Shown piece by piece: positions 9,123-17,983 of a stretch of 43,501 bases of DNA. Source of the stretch: Clostridia bacterium (GTDB lineage: Bacteria; Bacillota; Clostridia; Oscillospirales; CAG-272). The position numbers and the translations under genes were made by a program. The notes beneath the pieces are model-generated. The model worked only from the letters and a program-made list of their open reading frames with translations, was not told where the DNA came from and ran no database searches. The stretch lies in contig JAFSSR010000011.1 of NCBI GenBank assembly GCA_017450885.1, forward strand, positions 1-43,501, written 5' to 3'. Position 1 is the stretch's first letter. The number at the start of each line of letters is the position of its first letter.

Positions 9123-9781
9123 CTTTTCAGGTACGCGGAGGATACCGGAAATTCAAAATAGGTGTCCGGGTAGGGCTCCTCCTTCAGCCGGAAATGCCAC
9201 CACTCGCATTCCAGGGGCTCAAAGCCGCTGCGGATCATCGCCTTCCGGAGCGTCATGCGGTTTTCATACTGCTCGTCGGTGATCCCGCGGAAGCCGGGAT
9301 GCGACACCTCGCTGAAAAGATCGAACGGGCTGCCCATATCGAGCTCCTTCCCCGTCTTCATATCAAGGAGGGTGAGATCGACCGCGCTGCCGCGGCTGTG
9401 ACTGGACATTTTTGCGATATATCCCTCGGCAAAAAGCTCCTGCTTTTCGAGCTCGGGATAGAAATACGGCTTCATACGGATATCCTGATCCTCTATTCCC
9501 CACAGCACGAAATGCCTGACCGCGCAGGCGGGACGGTAGGCGTCGAACACCTTGAGCCGGTATCCCCGGACCGCCATCTCGCTGCTGACCGCCTTCAGAG
9601 CGCGCGCCGTCTCCACCGTAAGGAGGGCGACCGGCTCCTCATACCCGTCGATGCGCTCGCCTATGAAATTATAGGTGGAATAATACCTTATCTCCTGCAC
9701 TATATGAGGAACGAAATCCGCAAGTACGACAAATCCGGAAGGGTCGTTCTCCACCCTGTTTTTGTATTCTTCTCTCATCAC
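9119..9781 (-). CDS. D-alanyl-D-alanine dipeptidase (M15, VanX/DdpX-like)
   Basis: DAYRP, SSHSRGSAVD (SxHxxGxAxD), DMGSPFD, EWWHF. Confidence 0.92.
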   Translation of the reverse strand: MMREEYKNRVENDPSGFVVLADFVPHIVQEIRYYSTYNFIGERIDGYEEPVALLTVETARALKAVSSEMAVRGYRLKVFDAYRPACAVRHFVLWGIEDQDIRMKPYFYPELEKQELFAEGYIAKMSSHSRGSAVDLTLLDMKTGKELDMGSPFDLFSEVSHPGFRGITDEQYENRMTLRKAMIRSGFEPLECEWWHFRLKEEPYPDTYFEFPVSSAYLKR

Positions 9782-9922
9782 CGCGCCTCGCTTTGGTCGG
9801 AAATGACGCTCCTGTTTTTTCGGGAAAGGGCGTCGGGCGGCGTTGACGCCGCTTATCGCTATTATATCATATAGCCGGGAAAAAATCCACCGTCAGTTCA
9901 AATATCGGTCCGGGTCAAAGAG

Positions 9923-9953
9923 AAAAAAGATCCCGCGGCGCGGGTCCGCGGGA
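9923..9953 (-). terminator. Intrinsic terminator after the ZIP transporter
   Basis: Minus strand TCCCGCGG-N7-CCGCGGGA followed by TCTTTTTT. Confidence 0.65.
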
Positions 9954-9971
9954 CTGTCATATATGTTCAAT

Positions 9972-10742
9972 TCATCCCAGAGCGACGTCGAGCGCCATCA
10001 TCAGAGTAAAGCCGAAGGCAAACCACATGACTCCCGTGTTCGACCTGCCCCCCGCGGACATCTCGGGGATCAATTCTTCAACGACCACGCAGATCATCGC
10101 TCCCGCCGCGAACGAGAGAAGATAGGGCATAGCCGGAGTCACAGCCTCGGCGGCGATCACGGTCAGAGCGCCGAAGACCGGCTCAACGGCTCCGGAAAGC
10201 GCGCCGTAAGAAAAGGAGCGCAGCTTGCTCTTTCCGTCCGCTCGCAGCGGCATGGAGATTATCGCCCCCTCGGGGAAATTCTGTATGGCTATCCCCAGGG
10301 CGAGCGCAAAGGCTCCGCCCGCCGTAATGTCAGCCGAGCCTCCGATGAGTCCGGCGTATATGACTCCAACCGCCATCCCCTCCGGGACGTTATGCAGCGT
10401 AACGGCAAAGACCATCATGGTCAGCCCTTTTACCCCTCCCTTTTTTCCCGCGTCCTCAGCCTCAAAAAGCGGGACAAGCCGGTCGATCAGCTTGAGAAAA
10501 AGCACGCCGCCCCAAAATCCGATAAGCGCCGGAAGAAAAGACAGCCTGCCGAGCCTCGCCGACCGTTCTATCGCGGGGATGATAAGGCTCCAGACCGACG
10601 CCGTAACCATTATCCCGGCGGAAAAGCCGGTAAGCGCCCGCCTCACCCGGAGGCTGAGGTCTTTTTTCATCAAAAACACGCAGGCGGAGCCGAGCGCCGT
10701 GCCGATAAACGGCACCGAAAGTCCGATCACAACATCCTTCAT
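9972..10742 (-). CDS. ZIP family metal transporter (ZupT/GufA-like)
   Basis: GFSAGIM..AS.WSLI.P, AVTLHNVPEGMAVG, GIAIQNFPEG, FAAGAM, ELIPE. Confidence 0.93.
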   Translation of the reverse strand: MKDVVIGLSVPFIGTALGSACVFLMKKDLSLRVRRALTGFSAGIMVTASVWSLIIPAIERSARLGRLSFLPALIGFWGGVLFLKLIDRLVPLFEAEDAGKKGGVKGLTMMVFAVTLHNVPEGMAVGVIYAGLIGGSADITAGGAFALALGIAIQNFPEGAIISMPLRADGKSKLRSFSYGALSGAVEPVFGALTVIAAEAVTPAMPYLLSFAAGAMICVVVEELIPEMSAGGRSNTGVMWFAFGFTLMMALDVALG

Positions 10743-10993
10743 TTTTACACCTCCAAAGGTTATTTTATGAAAGATGAAGGTAAGATGCCAAAGGCGGGCG
10801 CCGCTTATCCCGCGAAAAAATCCGGGTATTGTAAAAAAATCCGAAAAAACCGGGATTTTTTTACGCTTTGATTGTTGTTTTTTGAAAATATATATTATAT
10901 AATATAAAGTGATCGAATATTTGATAATTTGGTTTTTTGGTAACTCGCTCGCCTTTTCATTCGATTTGATGTCAAAGAAATCGGGAGTTCAGC

Positions 10994-12157
10994 ATGGAAA
11001 ACACCTATTTTCTGGAATACTACGTCATAGTCAGCGCCTTTATTTTCATATTCTCCGCTTACATTTTCGTTAAGCTCAGCCGCGACGTGCTGAGAAAGAG
11101 CGAGTTCATAGTTTTCCGCGCCTTTATCGTTTCCTTCCAGTTTTATCTTTTGATGAACACCGTCTGGACGCTCTGCGAGTTCGAGGTCATACGTCTGCCC
11201 AACAAGCTGTTCACAACGGTGTGCCTGCTGTCGTTCGCAAGCGTAGCCTACATCGCCTTCGCGTTCTATTGCTACACCATTATCCATTTCAACCTTGCCG
11301 TCTCAAGGAGCAAGTGGGCGAATATCCTCGGCTTTATGCCGCTTGCCGCTGCGTTCGTCATGCTTCTCGTCTCGCTCCGTAACGGAATGATATTCTCCGT
11401 CACTCCGGAAGGACATATAGTCAACGGCCCCGCGTACATCGCGCTTCCGATCTGCTCTTTCGTCTACTTTATCGTCATCGCCGCCGTAGCCGTATATAAA
11501 GCGTTCAAGGTCCGCTCGAACAGCTCGCGGCGCAACGCGCTTTCCATCATCGGATCGGTCGTTTTCCTTATCGTATGGGTGCTCCTCGACGCCAAGTTCG
11601 ACCGGATAACGATCATACCCATAGCCGTTTTCTCGGTCATATTCTTCCTCTTTATCAACATCCAGCAGTCGAGCATTTATACGGACGCCCTGACGGGGCT
11701 GAACAACCGCCGCAGATCGGAGGAATATCTCGTCGATATGCTCGAGAACGTTTCGGAGCAAAATCCGTTCTATCTCTTTATCGGCGATCTTAACTCTTTC
11801 AAAAAGATCAACGACAAGTACGGACATATCGAAGGAGATAACGCGCTCGTCGTATTCGCAAACGTACTAAAGGAACACGTTGCCGCGAATTTCGGATTTG
11901 CCGCGAGATACGGCGGCGACGAGTTTATCTGGACCTGGCGCCCCTCAAAGGAAGACTTTTCTCCCGAGAGCGTGATATCCGCCATCAACTCCGCGCTCAA
12001 GGACCGCTGCCGCGAGGAGTATAAGGAATACACCGTGACCGTATCCATAGGATACGCGATCTGCGCCGACCCGCGGCGCTCGACATCCTCCTATATAAAA
12101 GAAGCGGACGAGATGCTGTACGCCAACAAGAAGGTATTTCATAATAAAACAGCGTAA
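10994..12157 (+). CDS. Membrane-bound diguanylate cyclase (multi-TM sensor + GGDEF)
   Basis: About 7 hydrophobic helices, then DALTGLNNRR, DLNSFKKINDKYGHIEGD, RYGGDEF, SIG, ADEMLY. Confidence 0.92.
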   Translation: MENTYFLEYYVIVSAFIFIFSAYIFVKLSRDVLRKSEFIVFRAFIVSFQFYLLMNTVWTLCEFEVIRLPNKLFTTVCLLSFASVAYIAFAFYCYTIIHFNLAVSRSKWANILGFMPLAAAFVMLLVSLRNGMIFSVTPEGHIVNGPAYIALPICSFVYFIVIAAVAVYKAFKVRSNSSRRNALSIIGSVVFLIVWVLLDAKFDRITIIPIAVFSVIFFLFINIQQSSIYTDALTGLNNRRRSEEYLVDMLENVSEQNPFYLFIGDLNSFKKINDKYGHIEGDNALVVFANVLKEHVAANFGFAARYGGDEFIWTWRPSKEDFSPESVISAINSALKDRCREEYKEYTVTVSIGYAICADPRRSTSSYIKEADEMLYANKKVFHNKTA

Positions 12158-12190
12158 TTTAAAATATCATATAAAGGACGGTAAACAACC

Positions 12191-12544
12191 ATGTTATTCG
12201 GTAAAAAAGACATTTTCGCAAAGATCGACTCGCTCGCCGAAAAAGGACACCTCGGAAAGCTGATCGACATAGCGCAGACCAACGGCGACGAAAACGCGCG
12301 TATCGCCGCCTACAAGGCGATCGGAAATCTGCACGCGAAGGAAGCGGTCGACTCCCTTCTCGCCGTTTTCCGTACCGACGAAACGACCGAGGTCAAGCTC
12401 GCGGCGGCTGAAGCCCTCTCCCGCATAGCGACCAGAGCGGAGTTCGACGCCATGTTCCACGCCGCCGACAACGAGAGCGACGAGCAGGTCGCAAAGGCTC
12501 TGCGCGACGCCGCGGTAGAAGCCAAGGAAAGACAGAAATATTGA
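12191..12544 (+). CDS. HEAT/PBS-lyase repeat protein
   Basis: Repeated R.AA..A.G / VK.AAAEAL..I helical-repeat pattern. Confidence 0.75.
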   Translation: MLFGKKDIFAKIDSLAEKGHLGKLIDIAQTNGDENARIAAYKAIGNLHAKEAVDSLLAVFRTDETTEVKLAAAEALSRIATRAEFDAMFHAADNESDEQVAKALRDAAVEAKERQKY

Positions 12545-12562
12545 TCTCCGGAGGAATATACA

Positions 12563-12934
12563 ATGGCAGAACTGGGTAAAAAGAACTGGGTGTTCGCCGA
12601 CGGCGAGCTTCCGCCCAAGGACGGCACCGCGATCGAGGCGCACGAGTCGCTTATGATCCTCAACCTCAACGACAAGCCCGCCACCGTAAAGGCGACATTC
12701 CTCTTCGAGGATCGCGATCCCGTCGAGAATGTGACCCTGCACGTCGACGCGAAGCGCGTAAAGTGCACCCGTCTCGACAGACCGGTGGGCGACGAGGGCT
12801 ACAAGGTCCCCTTCGGTCAGTACGCGCTTGTTCTGAACAGCGACCTTCCCGTTTTCGCGGTGTTCGGCAGGCTTGATACCCGCCAGCCCAATATGGCTTT
12901 CTACACCGTTCAGGGACACAACTACGAGGATTGA
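12563..12934 (+). CDS. Sensory rhodopsin transducer (ASRT) family protein
   Basis: GKKNWVFADG..P, HESLMILN, FEDRDP, V.AKR...R, SDLPV....RLDTRQ. Confidence 0.85.
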   Translation: MAELGKKNWVFADGELPPKDGTAIEAHESLMILNLNDKPATVKATFLFEDRDPVENVTLHVDAKRVKCTRLDRPVGDEGYKVPFGQYALVLNSDLPVFAVFGRLDTRQPNMAFYTVQGHNYED

Positions 12935-12952
12935 AAAGGACACGAACCCACC

Positions 12953-13729
12953 ATGGCAAAAACATTCAAAAAAGACAATCTGACCGTTAAGATCTCCGAC
13001 TCCCGCGTCGGGATGGGAAAGACCGCCGCCGCAGACGCAGCGGAAGCGCTGCGCCGCCTGCTTTCCGAAAAGGAGGAGGTCAACGTGATATTCGCCGCCG
13101 CTCCCTCCCAGAACGAGACGCTCGCCGCGCTCGTCAAGGAGCCGGGGATAGACTGGTCCCGCGTAAACGCCTTCCATATGGACGAGTACATCGGGCTCGC
13201 CCCCGACGCTCCGCAGCGTTTCGGAAAGTATCTCTACGACCACGTTTTCGGGCTTCTCCCCTTCAAGTCGGTCAACTACATCAAGCCCGACAAGGACGAC
13301 CCCGAGGCGACCTGCCGCGAGTACTCCGCCCTGCTCGAAAAGTATCAGCCTGACGTCATCATGATGGGCATAGGCGAGAACGGACATATAGCTTTCAACG
13401 ATCCGCCTGTCGCCGACTTCAACGATCCGAAGCTCATCAAGGTGGTAAAGCTGGACGAGATCTGCCGAAATCAGCAGGTCAACGACGGATGCTTTGCGTC
13501 GATCGGCGAGGTCCCGACTCACGCTCTTTCGCTCACCATCCCCGTCTTTATGAAGGCGGGAAAACTGATATGCAGCGTCCCCGCGCCGACAAAGGCGCAG
13601 GCGGTGTATGATACCATCCACAACGAAAAGTGCGACGAGACCTGCCCCGCGACCTGCATGAGAGGGCACAAGGACGCGACGCTCTATCTCGATCCCGACA
13701 GCGCCGCGCTTCTCGGCGAGGCGGAATGA
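12953..13729 (+). CDS. Glucosamine-6-phosphate deaminase/isomerase family protein (NagB-like)
   Basis: FAAAPSQ, FHMDEYIG, GIGENGHIAFNDP, CRNQQV, ALSLTIP. Confidence 0.88.
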   Translation: MAKTFKKDNLTVKISDSRVGMGKTAAADAAEALRRLLSEKEEVNVIFAAAPSQNETLAALVKEPGIDWSRVNAFHMDEYIGLAPDAPQRFGKYLYDHVFGLLPFKSVNYIKPDKDDPEATCREYSALLEKYQPDVIMMGIGENGHIAFNDPPVADFNDPKLIKVVKLDEICRNQQVNDGCFASIGEVPTHALSLTIPVFMKAGKLICSVPAPTKAQAVYDTIHNEKCDETCPATCMRGHKDATLYLDPDSAALLGEAE

Positions 13730-14664
13730 GCCCGCGCGCCGGCAGCCCGTTTCCCTATTCGGACACAAACAAGCGTTATCACACATACGACTATTATCTG
13801 CGTCGGAAATTCGGGCGTAAATGCGCCCGGATCACTCTCGACGCAGGTTTTTCCTGCCCTAATATAGACGGCGTGAGCGGGACCGGCGGATGCGTCTACT
13901 GCACCGCTCCGCTGACGCGCGGCAGGACGGTCGCCCCGCTTGCCGAGCAGTTCGCCGAAAGGAGAGCGGTCGAGAGCGCAAAGTGGCCGGGGAGCGCGTC
14001 CGTCGTTTATTTCAACGAGGGAACGAACACCTACGCCCCGACCGAAAAACTGCGCCAGCTTTTTGAAGAAGCCCTTTCCTTTCCCGACGTCGTCGGACTG
14101 GCTGTCGCCACCCGCGCGGACGCCTTATCCGACGAAACGGTCGATCTTTTGCGCGAGCTCGACCGCAGGACCTTCCTTGTTATTGAGCTCGGACTTCAGA
14201 GCATACACGACGAGACGGCCGTGCGGATAAACCGCGGTCACGACTACGCTTCCTTCCTCGCCGGGTATAACAAGCTCGCCGGACTCAACGTCTGCCTGCA
14301 TATCATAAACGGACTGCCGGGCGAAGATAAGGAAATGATGCTCGCCACCGCGCGGGAGATCGCGCGGCTCCGCCCGATGATGGTAAAGATACATATGCTG
14401 TACGTCACCGATGGGACCCCGATCGCCGAAATGTGGAAGAGAGGAGATCTTCCGCTCCTCACTCGGGAAGAATACGTCGGAACGGTCTGCGATCAGCTCG
14501 AATATCTGCCGCCCGAGACAGTCATCGGGCGTCTGACCGGCGACGGCGAGCGCTCTTCCCTTCTGGCTCCGAGCTGGACGCTCAAAAAGCTGGTCGTGCT
14601 GAACGAGATAGACAAGACGTTCGTAAAACGAAACAGTTATCAGGGAATATACTTCAAAGGATAG
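13726..14664 (+). CDS. Radical SAM protein, YhcC/TIGR01212 family
   Basis: DAGFSCPNIDG..GTGGCVYC, TNTYAP, ELGLQS.HD, INRGHD, HIINGLPGE, RLTGD. ATG at 13726 overlaps the upstream stop (ATGA). Confidence 0.9.
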   Translation: MSPRAGSPFPYSDTNKRYHTYDYYLRRKFGRKCARITLDAGFSCPNIDGVSGTGGCVYCTAPLTRGRTVAPLAEQFAERRAVESAKWPGSASVVYFNEGTNTYAPTEKLRQLFEEALSFPDVVGLAVATRADALSDETVDLLRELDRRTFLVIELGLQSIHDETAVRINRGHDYASFLAGYNKLAGLNVCLHIINGLPGEDKEMMLATAREIARLRPMMVKIHMLYVTDGTPIAEMWKRGDLPLLTREEYVGTVCDQLEYLPPETVIGRLTGDGERSSLLAPSWTLKKLVVLNEIDKTFVKRNSYQGIYFKG

Positions 14665-14674
14665 GTCGATAAGA

Positions 14675-15658
14675 ATGAGAGTTTTCGAGTTCATCGGACG
14701 CAACCGGAACAAGGCGTCGAGGACGCGCGTCGGATGCCGCGGCATCATCGTTCGCGGCGGGAAGATACTCATATCCAACGAGGTCAACGTAAAGCGCATG
14801 GAGACCCCGGGCGGCGGTATGGACGAAGGGGAGACCTTCGAGCAGTGCTGCGTGCGCGAGGTCGAAGAGGAGACCGGCTGTATCGTAAATCCGGGAAGGT
14901 ATATCGCCACCGTGCGTGAATTCCTCGACGATATGCTTTATATCAACTACTACTTCGAGTGCGGGCCGATCCGCGAGGACGGAAAGACCGGCTATACCGA
15001 GTCGGAGATACGCAACGGAATGAGACCGGAATGGATGCCGCTCGACGAGGTATACGACCGTTTTTCCCGCTATGAGAACTACCGGGATACCGACATGGAC
15101 ACGCGCAACCTTTTCCTGCGCGAGTTTTCGGCGATCGACGAGTATCTCTACGGAAAAAAGCGGGAGTACAGCGAAATAGATCTATACGGCAGGTTCGATC
15201 ACAAAACAGAATTCGAATACCTCCGTCTGACCGCCCGCGGAGCCGTTCTGCGCGGAGACGAGATCCTTATGTCGCACGAAAGAGAGACAGATCAGTGGCT
15301 TTTTCCGGGCGGAGGGCTCGAAAAGGGCGAGACGCTCGAAGAATGCTGCGCGCGTGAAATAGAGGAAGAGACCGGCGTCCTCGTCGATGTCGAAAGACAG
15401 TTTGCCCTTGTAAACGAACACTACGGCGACGCAAATTATCAGCACGCCTACTTTTTGTGCCGGTCAACAGGCGAAGGAAAGATCGAGATGACCGAGCGCG
15501 AGATAAGTTCCGACACGGCGCCCGAATGGATCAGGATCGACCGCCTGCTTGAAATACTCAAGCGCGACGCGGAGGGCGACGAAGACGCGGAAAATTTCTG
15601 CATCCATCGGCGGGAGTACCACGCTCTGTGCGCTCTGCTTGAAAGCTCGAAAAATTAA
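14675..15658 (+). CDS. Tandem (two-domain) NUDIX hydrolase
   Basis: Two intact Nudix boxes: GGGMDEGETFEQCCVREVEEETG and GGGLEKGETLEECCAREIEEETG. Confidence 0.9.
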   Translation: MRVFEFIGRNRNKASRTRVGCRGIIVRGGKILISNEVNVKRMETPGGGMDEGETFEQCCVREVEEETGCIVNPGRYIATVREFLDDMLYINYYFECGPIREDGKTGYTESEIRNGMRPEWMPLDEVYDRFSRYENYRDTDMDTRNLFLREFSAIDEYLYGKKREYSEIDLYGRFDHKTEFEYLRLTARGAVLRGDEILMSHERETDQWLFPGGGLEKGETLEECCAREIEEETGVLVDVERQFALVNEHYGDANYQHAYFLCRSTGEGKIEMTEREISSDTAPEWIRIDRLLEILKRDAEGDEDAENFCIHRREYHALCALLESSKN

Positions 15659-15673
15659 TCGGCGGTCAAATAG

Positions 15674-15717
15674 AAAATCTCCGTGAGCGATCCTATAGGA
15701 TCGCTCACGGAGATTTT
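15674..15717. terminator. Perfect 44-bp palindrome; bidirectional terminator
   Basis: AAAATCTCCGTGAGCGATCCTA|TAGGATCGCTCACGGAGATTTT between convergent genes. Confidence 0.8.
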
Positions 15718-15727
15718 ATTATCGGTA

Positions 15728-16381
15728 TCAGAGATCGAATTTTCCGGAAAGCTGTGAGAAATCGTAAACGTACTCGTCGCAGAGCTCGCGCATCGCCTTC
15801 TCGTTCGGAGCGGCGGTGCCGTCATATACGCCCACGGTGTAAAATCCGAGCTTTTTCGCCGTCTGCGCCGCGATAAGCGCGTCCTCGAAGACCGCCGTCT
15901 CGGGGATGGGCGCGCCGACGTATTCGAGCGCTTTGAGGTATATGTCGGGCTCGGTCTTGGATGCGCCGACGTCGGTGCAGTTGATTATCTTTTCGACGTA
16001 TTTGTCAAGTCCGAAACGTTCGACCGCTATGTCGACCAGTATATGCTCGGTCGCTGTGGCTATCGCCATATTCACGCCGGCGCGCTTCAACCGCTCCATA
16101 AGCTCCAGCGCGTGCGGCTTGGGCTGAACTCTCGCGCGGTAGAACCTCGCCGCGGTGTCCATCATGCCCTGTATAATCTCTTCCGGCGTTTCGGAGAGCC
16201 CGTAATCCTCGATTATCATCTCGGCGGTCGCCTCGGTGGAATAAACGTAGTATTTATCCCGGAAATCGGGGCGCGGGACCTTTCCACGCTCGGCGAGGAA
16301 CTCTTCGCCGAAGCGGTCCCAATACCACATCGAGTCGAGGAGCGTCCCGTCGAGATCGAATATAACACCTTTTATGCTCAT
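15728..16381 (-). CDS. HAD family phosphatase
   Basis: IFDLDGTLLDS motif I, IATAT, K.EPDIY, VFEDA. Start MSIKG at 16381 overlaps the thiN stop. Confidence 0.92.
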   Translation of the reverse strand: MSIKGVIFDLDGTLLDSMWYWDRFGEEFLAERGKVPRPDFRDKYYVYSTEATAEMIIEDYGLSETPEEIIQGMMDTAARFYRARVQPKPHALELMERLKRAGVNMAIATATEHILVDIAVERFGLDKYVEKIINCTDVGASKTEPDIYLKALEYVGAPIPETAVFEDALIAAQTAKKLGFYTVGVYDGTAAPNEKAMRELCDEYVYDFSQLSGKFDL

Positions 16382-17061
16382 ATTTTTTCTCCGTTTGTTT
16401 TTTTCTCTTCCGGTATAGCCCCTGTATCCCGCCATACGACAAGCAGCGCTCCGTCCGAAACGGAGATCGACGACTCCGCTCCGGTGAAGGAATTGCTCAA
16501 TCCCACGGGGCGGTAAGGGGAAAGAGTCACGCGGTCAGCAGCGTAATCGAGACCCGTCTCTGTCACTCCGCGCGCTTCGCCGCCGTAAGCGAAAACCGAT
16601 ATCTCGCCCTCCGCGCCTTTTCCGAAGCGGAGCAGTCCGCCGCGTATGACAGCCGCGGTGTACGCGCGGTCGAAAAGCATCGCGAACGCTCCGTGACCGG
16701 CGGCGTAGGCGAGCGCCTGGAGGCTCCCCACGGTATGGTCGAAGCGCTCCCCGCCCGTGCATCCGTGCAGGATGAACCGCCCGTATCCGCGGCGGAGCCC
16801 CTCGTCGATCGCCAGCACCGAGTCGGGATCGTCCTTGCGTACGGGGTGAACTGTCACGTTGTCTCCGCGCGGGACGTATCCGAGAGAATCGAAGTCGCCG
16901 ACTATGAGATCGGGTTTAAAACCGATCTTTTCAAGCAGAGCGGCTCCCGCGTCGCAGGCGACGACGAGATCCCCTTCCGCCGGACGAAACCGGTCGGCGG
17001 CAAAGTCGGCGGCGCCGACTATATGACACGTCTTTTCTTTTTCACGCTTCATTTTTTCCAC
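16378..17061 (-). CDS. thiN: Thiamine diphosphokinase
   Basis: VACDAGA, PDLIVGDFDS, KDD.D, GG.RFDH, GL.Y, GLSN. Confidence 0.88.
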   Translation of the reverse strand: MEKMKREKEKTCHIVGAADFAADRFRPAEGDLVVACDAGAALLEKIGFKPDLIVGDFDSLGYVPRGDNVTVHPVRKDDPDSVLAIDEGLRRGYGRFILHGCTGGERFDHTVGSLQALAYAAGHGAFAMLFDRAYTAAVIRGGLLRFGKGAEGEISVFAYGGEARGVTETGLDYAADRVTLSPYRPVGLSNSFTGAESSISVSDGALLVVWRDTGAIPEEKKTNGEKI

Positions 17062-17063
17062 CG

Positions 17064-17636
17064 TCAGATTACGCCTATCCCTTCAAGCAGTATCTTTATC
17101 CCGATAAGCAGGAGTATCATCCCTCCGACGATCTCCGCTTTTGATTTGAATTTCGCGCCGAATTTGTTTCCTATCACAACGCCCGCGCCGGAGAGCAGGA
17201 AGGTGACTACGCCTATCTCGGCGATGGACCACCAGATGTTGATATCCGGCAGCACGGCGAAGGTGATACCGACCGCGAGCGCGTCGATAGAGGTGGCGAC
17301 TGAGAGAACGAAAAGCTCCTTGATATCAAGCCGGGAGTTCTCTTTTTCCTCGTCCTCCTCCTTTTCGCGCACCGCCTCGACTATCATCTTTACGCCGATA
17401 AGCGCGAGCAGGCCGAAGGCTATAAAGTGGTCGAACTTTTCAATATAGGAGGCAAAGCTGCTCCCCACAAGCCATCCGATAAGCGGCATAAGCGCCTGAA
17501 ATCCGCCGAAAAAGAGCGAGATCACAAGCGCGTGGTTATAGTTGATGCGCCGCATCTTCAGCCCGCGGCAGACGGACACCGCGAAGGCGTCCATCGCAAG
17601 CCCGACCGACAAAAGCGTTAATTGGACAAATGACAT
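17064..17636 (-). CDS. mntP: Manganese efflux pump MntP
   Basis: GLAMDAFAVS, FGGFQALMP, DHFIAF, ATSIDALAVG, AEIVGG.IL. Confidence 0.92.
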   Translation of the reverse strand: MSFVQLTLLSVGLAMDAFAVSVCRGLKMRRINYNHALVISLFFGGFQALMPLIGWLVGSSFASYIEKFDHFIAFGLLALIGVKMIVEAVREKEEDEEKENSRLDIKELFVLSVATSIDALAVGITFAVLPDINIWWSIAEIGVVTFLLSGAGVVIGNKFGAKFKSKAEIVGGMILLLIGIKILLEGIGVI

Positions 17637-17668
17637 CGCAAGCCTCTATTTTACAGTATAACAAAGGT

Positions 17669-17698
17669 ATTATAGCACAAAGGCAACGGACTTTACAA
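17669..17698 (-). promoter_or_regulatory. Extended -10 promoter for mntP-thiN-HAD
   Basis: Minus strand TTGTAA(17698-17693), 18 bp, TATAAT(17674-17669) preceded by TGC. Confidence 0.55.
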
Positions 17699-17816
17699 GA
17701 CCTATTTAAAAAAATGGACGATTATGCCTGTTTGTAGAAATGTATGATTATTCTCCGAAAAGCTTGTTTTTGCGATGACTGAGGCCCGCGTCCGTTTACA
17801 GACTTATTCCGGTGAT

Positions 17817-17859
17817 AAAAAAGGATCTGCAACGACCGACATGGTTTTGCAGATCCTTT
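17817..17859 (-). terminator. Intrinsic terminator closing the large minus-strand cluster
   Basis: Minus strand AAAGGATCTGCAA-N14-TTGCAGATCCTTTTTT. Confidence 0.7.
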
Positions 17860-17889
17860 GCTTTTGTTCAAGGCGGCGTCCGACTTAAC

Positions 17890-17937
17890 GGATCGTTCGC
17901 CTCGCTCAGGACGACAGCCTTTACACTAGGGATGACA
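17890..17937. repeat. Degenerate half-copies of the palindromic repeat seen at 258-396
   Basis: GGATCGTTCGCCTCGCTCAGGACGACA and GGGATGACA resemble AGATCCTTCG...TCAGGATGACA (334-366). Confidence 0.45.
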
Positions 17938-17983
17938 GTCGTTAAGACCGGCGACGCGTCCAAAAAAACAGTTATTTGTAAGT

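Noticed and set aside
9119-9781. Vancomycin resistance cluster
   Set aside because: Only a lone VanX/DdpX-type dipeptidase; no ligase, dehydrogenase or VanRS nearby.
10815-10862. Operator between the divergent ZIP and GGDEF genes (AAAAAATCCGGG...CCGGGATTTTTT)
   Set aside because: Imperfect, A/T-run driven, widely spaced and not matching a metal-regulator box I can name.
1453-13786. Long alternative ORFs (1453-2928+, 4183-5358-, 7749-9161+, 9843-10871+, 12194-13786-)
   Set aside because: Antisense or frame shadows of well-supported genes in GC-rich DNA, with no recognisable motifs.
17637-17810. yybP-ykoY manganese riboswitch upstream of mntP
   Set aside because: A good extended -10 lies about 30 nt from the start codon, leaving no room for the aptamer, and no matching structure was seen.
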